Of a DNA stretch of 64,000 bases, positions 1 to 10,076 are shown one piece after another. A model generated the notes under the pieces. That model did not search any database. It worked only from the letters and a program-made list of their open reading frames with translations, and was not told where the DNA came from. Location of the stretch: assembly GCA_963713045.1 (NCBI GenBank), contig CAVQKE010000006.1, positions 1 to 64,000 of the forward strand, in the 5' to 3' direction. The stretch is from an uncultured delta proteobacterium. Its GTDB lineage: Bacteria > Myxococcota > Myxococcia > Myxococcales > Myxococcaceae. The position numbers were made by a program, and so were the translations under genes. Positions within the stretch are counted from its first letter, which is position 1, and every line of letters starts with the position of its first letter.

Positions 1-340
<340 letters not shown>

Positions 341-341
341 T

Positions 342-368
342 GTCTCACAAAATGTGTGTTTTTGCGAC
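342..368. promoter_or_regulatory. Possible res/hix-like recombinase binding site
   Basis: Imperfect inverted repeat GTCTCACAAAA-n6-TTTTTGCGAC about 140 bp upstream of a serine recombinase. Confidence 0.3.
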
Positions 369-504
369 GTTGCGGGTACATGATGAGATCTACAGCTTTC
401 ATGCGGCTTCGTTTGTCTTAGTAACTTATCTCAAAATCAATCGCTCATAATTGACAACCTGACTGACTTCTGAGAAGATAGGGCAAATGAATCGCGGAGC
501 GAGT

Positions 505-841
505 ATGAACACACCGTCGGCTACGCACGGGTCTCTACATTAGATCAAACGCTTGATTTGCAACGAGATGCACTAATCCAAGCAGGATGCCACAAGATCT
601 TTACCGATATCGTGAGTGGCGCCAAAGACGAACGCAAAGGGCTTACGGATGCCATCGCGTATCTGCGTGAGGGGGACACCTTGATCGTATGGAAATTGGA
701 TCGTCTCGGCCGTTCCCTCAAGCATCTGATCGCGACCGTGACCGAATTACAGGATCGCGGAATTGGATTTCGCAGCCTAACGGAACAGATTGATACGTCG
801 ACGTCCGGAGGCAAGCTATTTTTCACGTCTTTGGCGCCCTG
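505..841 (+). pseudogene. Serine recombinase (resolvase/invertase), N-terminal catalytic domain, truncated
   Basis: GYARVST..Q..DLQRDAL, LREGDTLIVWKLDRLGRS, IDTSTSGGKLFF, then (after a frameshift) HVFGAL; similarity stops at about 841 and there is no HTH domain. Confidence 0.85.
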
Positions 842-1175
842 GTGTATGGTTTTCCGACCTCAGGAGGTTGCGGTTTCCTTACATCCCGCGCCTCGCTTGC
901 TCCAGGTGAGTGCCTGCTGACAATTTCGTCCGCAGATGGCATGGTACCTTGGACTGATCGTCTGTCCTGTTTGGAGAAAGGATGGCCGCCGGCATGTCTG
1001 AGGCACACAACATTGCGGACCGTTCCGCATTACGCGCGTTGTGGCGCGTGTTCCCTGATCTCACCATCGTCGAGTATGCCCGTCGTCCATAGGGCTGCTC
1101 CTCCTTGCTGTGTTTCACAGCACCTATACCACCGCAGAGCTTCTCTTCGCTAGCAATCGTTCGAGCGCTTCGGTA

Positions 1176-1378
1176 TCAGCCATTAGTCGATGCCTGTTTC
1201 AGATCTCGGAGGAGCCGGTCGAATGCGGTTTGATATTGCGTCGGGTCGGTCCACCGGCTGAAATCATCGATATTGCGCCCCTGGATGTGCCGTGCCCATT
1301 GAACGGTCGAAGATGTGACGGCGGCATCAGGCGCACCGGATAGATAATCTTGGTGTTCTTCTCTCGCTCTTTGCTCAT
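1176..1378 (-). pseudogene. C-terminal fragment of a TIR-domain protein (type usually fused to pentapeptide repeats)
   Basis: Manual translation with one frameshift: KEREKNTKIIYPVRL/DAAVTSSTVQWARHIQGRNIDDFSRWTDPTQYQTAFDRLLRDLK. Confidence 0.65.
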
Positions 1379-1459
1379 ATCATGGCCGGATTTAGATCAT
1401 TGCCGTCAGCGATGAGCATGAAGTCATCGATGCGCGGCCGATCGCGTAGATCGTGCCGC

Positions 1460-2738
1460 CGCCAGCAAGTAATCCGCCGCTCGCGTCCGTGCCCCGTCGC
1501 GCAGTTGCTTCTCTTTGAGCTGCACGAACTCCGCCAAGGCATGCTCACGTTTCTCCAGTTCCTTACGGAAGGATTCGTACTCGGGTGTTTTGGGCGGCTC
1601 CTCGAACAGCGGCGGCTCCAGCGGCTCGGTGGAGCTGGCGAAGACGCCATACAGCGCGTAGTAATCCTTCGTACGGAATGGGATCGAACTTGTGATCGTG
1701 ACAGCGGGCGCAGGTCACCGTCAGGCCGAGCAGGCCGCGCGTCGACCACGTCGATGCGATCGTCGATGATGTCGTGCGGATTGTTCATGAAATGGCCGGC
1801 CGAGCGTCAGAAAGCCCAGCGCCGCCAGCGGCCGCGGTCCTTGCCCAGCGGCAACTGGTCGGCCGCCAACTGCTGCAGCACGAATTGATCGTAGGGCAGA
1901 TCCTCGTTGAAGGCGCGGATGACGTAATCGCGATAGGTATACGCCCAGGGATAACGCCGTTCTCCTCGAAGAAGACGTAGCCCTTGGTGTCGGCATAGCG
2001 GGCGACGTCGAGCCAGTGCCGGCCCCAGCGTTCGCCGTAGTGCGGACAGGCCAGCAGCCGATCGACCACCTTGGCGAACGCATCCGGCGAGCGATCCGAC
2101 TCGAAGGCGTCGATTTCCTCCGGCGTCGGCGGCAGGCCGATGCAGGTCGAACGTCACGCGGCGCAATCAGCGTGCGCCGATCCGCCGGCGCCGACGGCGT
2201 CAGTCCGTGTTCTTCGAGGCGAGCGAGGATGAAGCGATCGACGGAGGTGCGCGGCCATTGGCGCAGGCTCACTTCAGGCAACGAGGGATTTATGATCGGC
2301 TGAAAGGCCCAGTGCCGCTTCCATGCCTCGCCACCCGCCGAACTCGCCGGTCGCTCCGCCGGCCACGGTGCTCCCCTCTTCACCCAGGCCGTCAGCGCCG
2401 CGATCTTTTCCGGACTTCAGCGGCGTCTTCGGCGGCATCTTCAAGTCGCCGCGGCGGCGGATCGCTTCGATGAGGAGACTCTTCTCCGGATCTCCCGGTT
2501 GAATCGCGGGACCGTTCTCGCCGCCTTCCAGTAGGGCCGTCCGCGAATCGAGGCGTAGTCCGCCCCTCTGTTTCTTCGGCCCGTGACAGCGGACACAGTG
2601 CTCGACCAGCACCGGCCGCACCCGCTTCTCGAAAAATTCCTCGGAAGCAGAGCAAGAAGAACAAACCACGAAACACACGAAAGACACGAAAAAAAGACAG
2701 GAAGGCGAACCCGTTCGATGCGATAACGTAGTGGTCAT
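1460..2738 (-). pseudogene. Planctomycete cytochrome c / PSD1 (DUF1549-DUF1553) protein, frameshifted and 3' truncated
   Basis: [72 protein letters not shown] and a second CARCH heme motif near 1700, spread over several frames. Confidence 0.85.
2665..2691. repeat. 3 x 9-bp tandem repeat (NNCACGAAA)
   Basis: accacgaaa cacacgaaa gacacgaaa; encodes FVSFVCFVV on the minus strand. Confidence 0.75.
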
Positions 2739-2871
2739 AAGAATTATTTTCGCAATGCCGGGGGCGCCTTCAAGGGTATCGTGTCGAGAAAAACCAGTCA
2801 GGCCAGCCCGGACGGACGCAGCATTGGTTCGACTCAAAACCTTGAAATTCGCCCCCTTCGGCTCGTCAACG

Positions 2872-3313
2872 TCAGGCATTGTGGTCGAGAATGGTCTTGA
2901 GGTTCTGCAGAACCTGATCGACCTCTGCCTGGTGCCGCGCCTGCGGGTTGCCGCGTAGCCGACCCAGACACCCGCCGGCGGCTTGTACTCGACCTGAATA
3001 GTCAAGCGAGTCCCCTTCCCCTCGGGTGCCACCGTATAGGTCCATTGCTCTCAATGCCGCCTTCCGTCTTGAACGAGTAGATCTTGCCGGGTTGATAATC
3101 GATACTCCGGCCCGTACCCACGAACTCCATCCCCAAAAGCACCCACGTCCAGGACCATGTCGTGTTCGCCGAGGCTGGCTCGCCCTTGACGTTGGTGATC
3201 GCCTTGAGCGACGGTAAAAAGAACGTTCGGTTGCGGACGTCCGCGACATAGCTGAGAACCGCATCGGGAGTGTTGTCAATGACGCCATTGGCCTTGACCT
3301 GTTGCACTGTCAT
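2872..3313 (-). CDS. SRPBCC (START-like / polyketide cyclase) family protein, frameshifted
   Basis: About 145 aa joined across frames: IDNTPDAVLSYVAD...GTRLTIQVEY...VLQNLKTILD; AGGAGG RBS upstream. Confidence 0.7.
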
Positions 3314-3397
3314 AAAGCACCTCCTTTAAAAATAAATCGTAGCCGGGGCACGGGCCCGGGATACTGCTTCGCCAACCAACTGCGCAAGAGGGCGACC

Positions 3398-3848
3398 TTA
3401 CCGGGCCCGGCGCGGGACAGAGCACAAGGAGCTGCAGGCGCGGTGCGAACCTCCGAAGACGGAGGACGGGATTGCCTTGGGCCGCAATTGCAGCCGGCCA
3501 GTCACCGCCTCGTCGATGCCCACGAACAGGCCGCGGCAACCGATGTGAATCTGCGCACGCAACTCCTCCCCTCGCCCGCACCAGCCAGACACGCCGGGCG
3601 AACACGAGGGCGCGGCGGCGACGCCGCCAGTAGTATTGTACCGATCCCCTCCATTGGTCCATCGACTCAAAGGTCGCGCCGGCCCGGCAAGCACCAGCCG
3701 TAACCCCAAGGATTGCCAGGAGGCAGCCGACCGAACCGGGCGAAGAGTCACCGGCCGCCGCGCCAAGCAGGAACAGCAGCACGTAGCCTCCCGCCGCGAC
3801 GGCGCCGACGATCCACAACATCTCGGCCGATCATTTCGTTGGTCCATC
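3398..3848 (-). CDS. Hypothetical membrane protein, frameshifted
   Basis: Hydrophobic segments MLWIVGAVAAGGYVLLFLLG and VGCLLAILGV; start overlaps the end of the upstream radical SAM gene. Confidence 0.35.
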
Positions 3849-4513
3849 ACAGCGCCCTCGGCAGAGCGTAGAACTCCATCGACCTCCTGATTCACATCCG
3901 GGCGGTTAAGCGGCGCAGGCGGCGCGAGCAATTGCCGATAGTAGTGTTTCCGCTCGGCAAAGGCCGTGGCGTTGTAGGTGCTCCTCCATAGCTCGACCAA
4001 TCCGTCCTCCAGTTACTCGGGCGTCATGTGTCGGGGGCGGAAATTGACATCGAACAGCGTGCAGCGGTGCCACGCCCCCGGGTAGAGGAGCCGGCCCTCG
4101 GCCGGCGAGCCGTTCATAGAGCCGGGTGCCGGGGAACGGCGTCAGCACGGTGATCTGGACCTCCAGCAGCCGGGACTCCTCGATGAACGCCCGCAGTTCC
4201 TCGAAGATCGACGGCGTGTCCGCATCGAAGCCGACCACAAAGCAGCCGCACACGCTCACGCCATGCCCCTGGATGTTCTCGATCGCCTCGAGGTAGCGGT
4301 CGTGCTGCCGCAGTTTCCAGTTGAGCGGTGTCGACACGGTCGAGGCTCTCGCCGCCGCGGACTCTCGAAGCCGATCAGCACCTGCCGGCAACCGCTGGCG
4401 ATAGAGCGAGATCGAGCAGATCGTCGTCGAAGGCGACGGAGACATCGGTTTCGGTGAAATAGCGGATATTGCGGTCGGCCAGCGCGAGCAACTCGCGCGA
4501 CCAGGTCTTGTTA

Positions 4514-5685
4514 TACCCCGCGCGGTGCAAACTGATGCTTTTTCCAGACAGCTGCGTTCGGTTTCTCTAATCTCCCCTTTAGCCTGATTCCCAGCCTGAA
4601 GGGAGGTAGTTAAGGTGGACCGCTTGACCTTTTCGGAAGCAGAACAACAAGCCCTGCACCGCGAACGCTTTGAACACCCCCATCCGCGCGTGCAGCAGCG
4701 GATGGAAGTTCTGTGGCTCATCAGCCAAAGACTGGTTTACCCGGAGGCGGCACGCCTGGCCGGCGTTTCCGAAGCGACGGTCGATCGCTACGTGGCGGCC
4801 TATCGTCAAGGCGGCCTCGACGCCCTGCGGGAACTCCACTGGGGCAAGTCCGCCACCAGCGCCTTGCGGGAACACAAGGAGTCCTTGGAAGAATCGTTTC
4901 GCCGCAACCCACCCCATACGGTGGCCGAAGCGTGCCAGCGCATCAAGGACGAAACCGGAATCGAACGGCAGCCGACGCAGGTGCGCGCCTTTTTAAAAAG
5001 GTGCTTGGCCTGAAATGGCGTTGCCTGGCTGCTATTCCGCTGCCCCCGAAAAAGACCATCGCGGAGCACGCCGCCACCCAGGCCGAATTCCTGGAAAGCA
5101 AGCTGGAACCGCAGCTCGCAGCAGCACGGGCCGGTAACGGCCAGGTGTTTTTCGTGGATGCGGCCCATTTCGTGATGGGAGCGTTCTTGTGCTGTGTATG
5201 GTGTTGGGCGCGTTTGCTCATCCGGGGTGCCTCGGGACGTCAGCGCTACAGCGTGTTGGGGGCTTGGAATGCCGTGACGCAGGAACTGGTTAGCATCACG
5301 ACGAACGCCACCGTCACCGCCGAAACCATGTGTGAACTGCTCCGCAAAATCGCGGCCCTGGGTTTGCAGGGGCCGATCACCTTGGTGCTGGACAACGCCC
5401 GCTATCAGCATTGTGCCCTCGTCATGAACCTGGCGGCGAGCTTGAACATTCACCTTGAGTTCCTGCCCTCGTATTCGCCCAATCTGAACTTGATCGAGCG
5501 GTTGTGGAAGTTCATCAAGAAACAAGTGCTGTACGGCCGCCACTACAGGATCTTCGCGGACTTCCGCGCTGCCATCGACGGTTGCCTGGCAAAGATTCCC
5601 ACGGAGCACCGAGCGCCGCTGAAGTCCCTCATGACACATAATTTCCAGACGTTTGCCCCGGCCTCATTCTTGGCCGCGTGAAGTA
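4514..5685 (+). mobile_element. IS630-family insertion sequence (1172 bp)
   Basis: Imperfect terminal inverted repeats TACCCCGCGCGG / CCGCGTGAAGTA; TA duplication at 4512-4513 and 5686-5687; removal restores ...TTT GTT AAC AAG (FVNK) in the host gene. Confidence 0.93.
4615..5681 (+). CDS. IS630 transposase in two ORFs (HTH 4615-5013, DDE domain to 5681) joined by a -1 shift
   Basis: FFVDAAHF, LVLDNARYQH, FLPSYSPNLNLIERLWKFIK; overlap at TTTTTAAAAAG near 4990-5000. Confidence 0.9.
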
Positions 5686-6265
5686 TAACAAAGGTATTGT
5701 CGTCCGCGAACTCTATGAACGGGCGGGGCCACAGGGAGCAAACCAGGTCGATTTCCTCGAGCACTTGCGCGGCCGGCTTAAGGCGGTAGCGTGGCCCGAA
5801 TAACTTGGAAGCTGCGCAGAAGTCGCAGTCCCAGGGACAGCCGCGCGACGTCTGGATGGGGATGCGGTTATAAGGTCCCAAGCGGTGCAGGGTGCCGCTG
5901 ATCGCGGGGTCGGGCAAATCCGAATGGTCGGACACGGGAGTCTGTTGCAGCAGGTCGAATCGCGCGGTTTGGGCGCCTCGCGGAGGTCGAATTGGCCCGG
6001 CCGGACCTCGCGATAGACTGCCTTCAGGCCAGCCCGGCCGCCGCGTTGAAAGTCCCGGACCACTTGCGGCCAGAGCAGTTCGCCCTCGCCAACAACCACC
6101 GCATCCGCATGCTCGGCGGCCTCCGCGGGCAAGACGGTGGCGTGCAGGCCGCCGATCACTACCGGGATGTCGTGGCTGCGGTAGGCGTCGGCGACCTGGT
6201 AGGCGTCGAATGCCCGGGCGGTGTAGGTGGACAGGGCGACCAGGTCAAAGTCGAGGCGCGGCTAA

Positions 6266-7229
6266 GAGCGGGCGCGGGAATCTGATACCTCTGGACAAGT
6301 TGGCCCGTTGAGAGCATAACTATGCCGGTCTTTTCGACCATTCGCCAGCCCTTGGGAGGAACCGGCATGGACGCCAACACCCTACGCAAGCCTTATCGTA
6401 GCGACCTCACGGACGAGCAGTGGCATCTCCTCACGCCTCTGCTGCCGCCCCCAGTTCCCGCCGGGGCACCGAGGACAACAGACCTTCGCGAAGTCGTCAA
6501 TGCTATTCTCTACCGCTTGCACAACGGCTGCGCCTGGCATGCCCTGCCCCACGACCTTCCTGCCGAGGGCACCGTCCGAGAATACTTTCATCGCTGGCGG
6601 CGTGGCGGCCTGTTGGAGAAGATTAACGACGTCCTGCGTCGCCAGGTCCGCCAGGCCGAGGGACGCGACGAAGAACCGTCCGCCGGCATCGTCGATAGCC
6701 AGTCGGCCAAGGGGACCCGTACCAGCGGCACCAAGGGCTTCGACGCGGGCAAGAAGATCAAGGGAAGCAAGCGGCATATCCTGGTCGATACGCTTGGTTT
6801 GTTGCTGTGCGTGGTCGTTCACGCCGCCAGTATTCAGGACCGCGACGGGGCCAAGCTGGTGCTGAGCAAGGCCAAGAACCTGTTCCCGAAGTTGCGACTG
6901 ATTTGGGCCGACGGCGGCTACGCGGGGAAGTTGATCGCCTGGGTCGCCTCGGCGTGCGGATGGGTGCTGGAGATTGTTAAGCGGAGCGACACGGCCAAGG
7001 GCTGGGTGTTGCTGCCGCGACGATGGGTGGTAGAGCGGACGTTGGGATGGTTGAGCCAATGCCGGGCGTTGACGCGGGACTACGAGTACCACGCCGAGAC
7101 GAGTGAGGCTCTGATTCAGGTAGCGATGATCCACCTGATGCTCCGCCGTCTGACCCGCAAGACGATAAAGAAGACCTCTACTCAGCCCTTGGTAGGCTGT
7201 ATCGGGATCTGAGATTCCCGCGCCCGCTC
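6266..7229 (+). mobile_element. IS5-family (IS1031-like) insertion sequence (964 bp)
   Basis: Perfect 18-bp terminal inverted repeats GAGCGGGCGCGGGAATCT / AGATTCCCGCGCCCGCTC; flanks TAA (6263-6265) and TGA (7230-7232); removal restores GFIPQPRLDFDLVAL. Confidence 0.93.
6367..7212 (+). CDS. IS5-family transposase
   Basis: YRSDLTDEQW, IVDSQS, GFDAGKKIKGSKRHILVDTLG, WADGGY, RWVVERTLGWL; GGAGGA RBS. Confidence 0.95.
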   Translation: MDANTLRKPYRSDLTDEQWHLLTPLLPPPVPAGAPRTTDLREVVNAILYRLHNGCAWHALPHDLPAEGTVREYFHRWRRGGLLEKINDVLRRQVRQAEGRDEEPSAGIVDSQSAKGTRTSGTKGFDAGKKIKGSKRHILVDTLGLLLCVVVHAASIQDRDGAKLVLSKAKNLFPKLRLIWADGGYAGKLIAWVASACGWVLEIVKRSDTAKGWVLLPRRWVVERTLGWLSQCRALTRDYEYHAETSEALIQVAMIHLMLRRLTRKTIKKTSTQPLVGCIGI

Positions 7230-7433
7230 TGAGGGATGAACCCAGTCACTTCATCCACCTCGATGTATTCCATCTCGATGCCGGCGGGCGTCGCCCCAGC
7301 CAGCGTGAGCAAGGCCAGGCTCGGGAGCTGGGCGATCACCTGCCCCCGGTTGATGAACTGCGGGAGAGTGATGCCCAGGTCAATGAACTTGCGCGTCTGG
7401 AGCTGACGCCGGCGATGGCAATGAAACCAATTC

Positions 7434-7745
7434 TCATAAGCTGCTTTCTCGTGGCGAAAGTGATTTCTCTTCCTTCCCTGGCACGCTGGCGGAAAATATG
7501 TCACGCGCTTTTTTCTCCGGCGGGACGCTCCAGCGAATCCCAACGAGCAAGGCCAGCACGATGATCCCAGGCCCCAGTGCGAGGATGGAGGTCGGCGGTC
7601 CTAGCAACGCCAAGAGGACGAGGGAAAGAATCGTCACACAGCTCCCGGCCACGACCAGACTCGCAGCCAGTCGCCCGGCGCCTTGCCCGCGTCAGAACGA
7701 TTGCCAGCAGGCCGAATACGATGGTGTACGCATGGCCGAGGGCGA
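7434..7745 (-). CDS. C-terminal part of a hypothetical membrane protein, cut at the probable chimera junction
   Basis: Hydrophobic helices VTILSLVLLALLG and GIIVLALLVGI; stop overlaps the radical SAM start. Confidence 0.35.
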
Positions 7746-7749
7746 CCGG

Positions 7750-8445
7750 CGGCACCGCCTGGGCGCCTCGGACGCCAGCTACTACCTCCGGGTGCTGTGG
7801 CGGGCCATGCCCGGGGTGACGGCCGTGCTGGCGGCGGGGGCGGTGCTGGCCGCCCGGAGGGCACCGGGGCTGTGCGCCCTGGTGGCCGCCTTCGTCGCCC
7901 TCCACTCGCTTCTGCCCCATAAGGAATTTCGCTTCATTCTCCCCGTGCTTCCGGCCTGGGCGGCCTTGGCCGGCCTTGGCATGGACACCGCCGCGCGCTG
8001 GGTGGCCGCCCGCCGCCCGCGCCTGGCGGGCTGGGTGGTGGCGCCGGCACTGCTGGCCGCGGCCGTCTCGGCCGCGCACTTCCGCCAGCTTACTTTCGGG
8101 GACCTCGGCGCTTACGAAAATGAAAAGCCCCAGGCCAGCGCCTACCAGGACTTCGCCGGCGTCAACCGCCTCCTCAGCTTTGCCGGCGCGCTGCCAGACG
8201 TGTGCGGCCTCAAAGTCGAGGCCCTGCACATGGCCTGGACCGGGGCTACACCTATTTCCACCGCGACGCCCGGCTCTATTCCCAAGCGGGCCCCCGCGAA
8301 TTCAGGCAAATTCAACTACGTGCTGCAGCTGCGTTATGCCGTGCGCCCAGCCCTGGTGCGGGCTGAGGCAGGGCCTTACGTCCTGGCGCAGCTGTCGGCC
8401 GGCCCCTGTCTTCCAGACGCCGCTTTCTCGTGGCGTCTCCCCTAG
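7750..8445 (+). CDS. Alg9/PIG-B-like (GT22, GT-C fold) mannosyltransferase, 5' partial
   Basis: HSLLPHKEFRFILPVLP matches the HKExRF motif of this family; several TM helices. Confidence 0.7.
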   Translation, partial: RHRLGASDASYYLRVLWRAMPGVTAVLAAGAVLAARRAPGLCALVAAFVALHSLLPHKEFRFILPVLPAWAALAGLGMDTAARWVAARRPRLAGWVVAPALLAAAVSAAHFRQLTFGDLGAYENEKPQASAYQDFAGVNRLLSFAGALPDVCGLKVEALHMAWTGATPISTATPGSIPKRAPANSGKFNYVLQLRYAVRPALVRAEAGPYVLAQLSAGPCLPDAAFSWRLP

Positions 8446-8487
8446 CCGCCGCTACAGTTGGGAGGCAACCAGCCAAAGGGGTGACGG

Positions 8488-8846
8488 ATGGCGGACTGCC
8501 TCTTCTGCAGAATTGTCGAGGGAAAAGTCCTGGCCAACGTCGTCTACCGGGACGCGCAGTGCATTGGCTTTGACGACATTCACCCGGCAGCTCCGGTGCA
8601 CGTCCTCTTCGTCCCCAAGCGGCACCTGGAAGGCGTCAACACCCTCACCGAAGCGGACCGTGCAGAGGCCGGGCAGCTGTTTCTCGCCGCGGCCGCCTAC
8701 GCCCGCCAGCGGGGCCTGGAGGCGTCCGGCTACCGGGTGGTGGCGGACGCGGCCCCGACTCCGGCCAAAGCGTCTTTCACCTCCACCTGCACCTGTTGGG
8801 GGGAAAGCCCCTCCACCTCAACGCGGACACCGGGCGCGGGGACTAG
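8488..8846 (+). CDS. HIT-family (histidine triad) nucleotide-binding protein, one apparent frameshift
   Basis: MADCLFCRIV, DIHPAAPVHVLFVPKRH; alternate frame gives GQSVFHLHLHLLGG. Confidence 0.9.
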
Positions 8847-8895
8847 CCTCCGGACACTGGCCGACGGCCCGGCCTCGGCTATGCAGCCTCTCGCC

Positions 8896-9363
8896 ATGAA
8901 GCCCGCTCCCTGCTGAGCCTCTCGGTGTCCCCGTGCCGCGGCTATTGTACGGCGAGCCGCCCCTGCCCACCAACACCCGTTCGGTCACCCCGCCACAGCC
9001 GGCAGCCTGGCCGCCTCGGGCTTGGACGTCCCCCTCACCACGCCCGGCGCCTACCAGCGCAGCGGCATGTCCGGCACCACTTCCGACGTGGACGACGAGG
9101 CCGAGACGCTGTTCGCCATGCAGGAGATGGCCTGGGCCGACCCGGGCCTTGGAAGTTCCCGCCCGCAGGCGGACCTCGACGCCCCGAATGAATTGCGCAA
9201 CGCCACGCCGCGGGGCGCCGTCTTCCGCCCGTCGGACCACTACTTCATCAACGGCGTGGACACGGGGCCCAGCACCGATGCCATGCCGGGCACCGGAGGT
9301 CCGGGCAAACTGAAGCTGCGCAAGGCCGCCGAGACAGCGGCGTTGAAGGCCGCTGAGGAGTGA
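8896..9363 (+). CDS. Hypothetical, probably exported protein (5' part frameshifted)
   Basis: Coding-like ORF 9022-9363 preceded by a signal-peptide-like stretch in other frames. Confidence 0.4.
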
Positions 9364-9407
9364 CATGGAGCGGGCGACCCTTGACGCCCGTCTGCCCTGA
9401 GCAGCAC

Positions 9408-10076
9408 TTAGCCGCCAAAGCGCACCGGGACCAGGAAGCACCCCGGGAGGGCTGGAAGCGGGGCAGCGCCCGGCACCACGCACTCCAGGGCAGAGGCGTC
9501 CAACAGCGGCGAGCCGGTGCTGCCTTCCAGCCGAAGCGCCGTTGCCGCCCCGTGGGCGTCCAGGCAGAAGTGCACCGGCACCTCCCTTGCAGCTGAAAGC
9601 GACGCGCGGCCGCCGGGTAGCAACGGCGCGCCGACTCTGCCAGCCGGCGGTGTAACTCGCCGAGGAGTGAGGAGGCGCCGGGCGACCGCGGCCCGTCGCC
9701 GCCTTCGCCGCCGGACGCGGCGCCTGGGCCGACGCTGCTGGACGGACTGGGGCCTTCCGCGGCCGTGGCCGTCGCCTCTTCCCCGGCGAGGGGAAATTCG
9801 TTCCCTACGGCCGTGTCACCGGCCCCTGAAGGACTGCGTGACGCGTCGCGCCACGGGCCGCGACGGGTGCGGCGGCCACCGCCGGGCTGGCGCTGGAAGG
9901 GCCAAAGGGCCAGGGACGGCGGCTTCTTCGGACGGCTGGGGTAACGCCACCAGGTGGAGGGCCAGCGGGGCCTTGAAGGCCGCGGGCCGCGCCGCGCCGA
10001 GAAGGCCGCCGAGGAGGACGGCATGGGCCAAGGCGGACAGGGCAAGGGCCGTGCGGAATTGCGGCGTTGGCCTCAT
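9408..10076 (-). CDS. tonB: Energy transducer TonB family protein (frameshifted)
   Basis: TM anchor SALAHAVLL, Pro/Gly-rich linker, C-terminal YPAAARRFQLQG-EVPVHFCLD...STGSPLLDASAL; ATGA overlap with the upstream ATPase. Confidence 0.75.

Larger units (their letters stand above)
3850..7437 (-). pseudogene. B12-binding-domain radical SAM protein interrupted by two IS elements
   Basis: MRIGFIA..., LPSLALLTLAGATP, DFDLVALSTYT, IGGLHAT, VVVGEGE, QTSRGCPWDCDFC (CxxxCxxC), FADDNTFV, GCFVVGFDAD, LTPFPGTRLY; the frame rejoins when both IS elements are removed; 3' end approximate. Confidence 0.9.

Noticed and set aside
505..1400. Resolvase plus TIR as a Thoeris-like defence system
   Set aside because: Only fragments; no SIR2/Macro or other effector visible; region noisy and probably chimeric
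4010..4020. In-frame TAA in the radical SAM C-terminus as recoding
   Set aside because: TAA is not a Sec/Pyl codon; the gene is already disrupted and the area is error-rich
1460..7750. IS-bounded horizontally acquired island or composite transposon
   Set aside because: Both IS elements sit inside one gene rather than at the block ends, and the ends cut genes with no att sites or repeats
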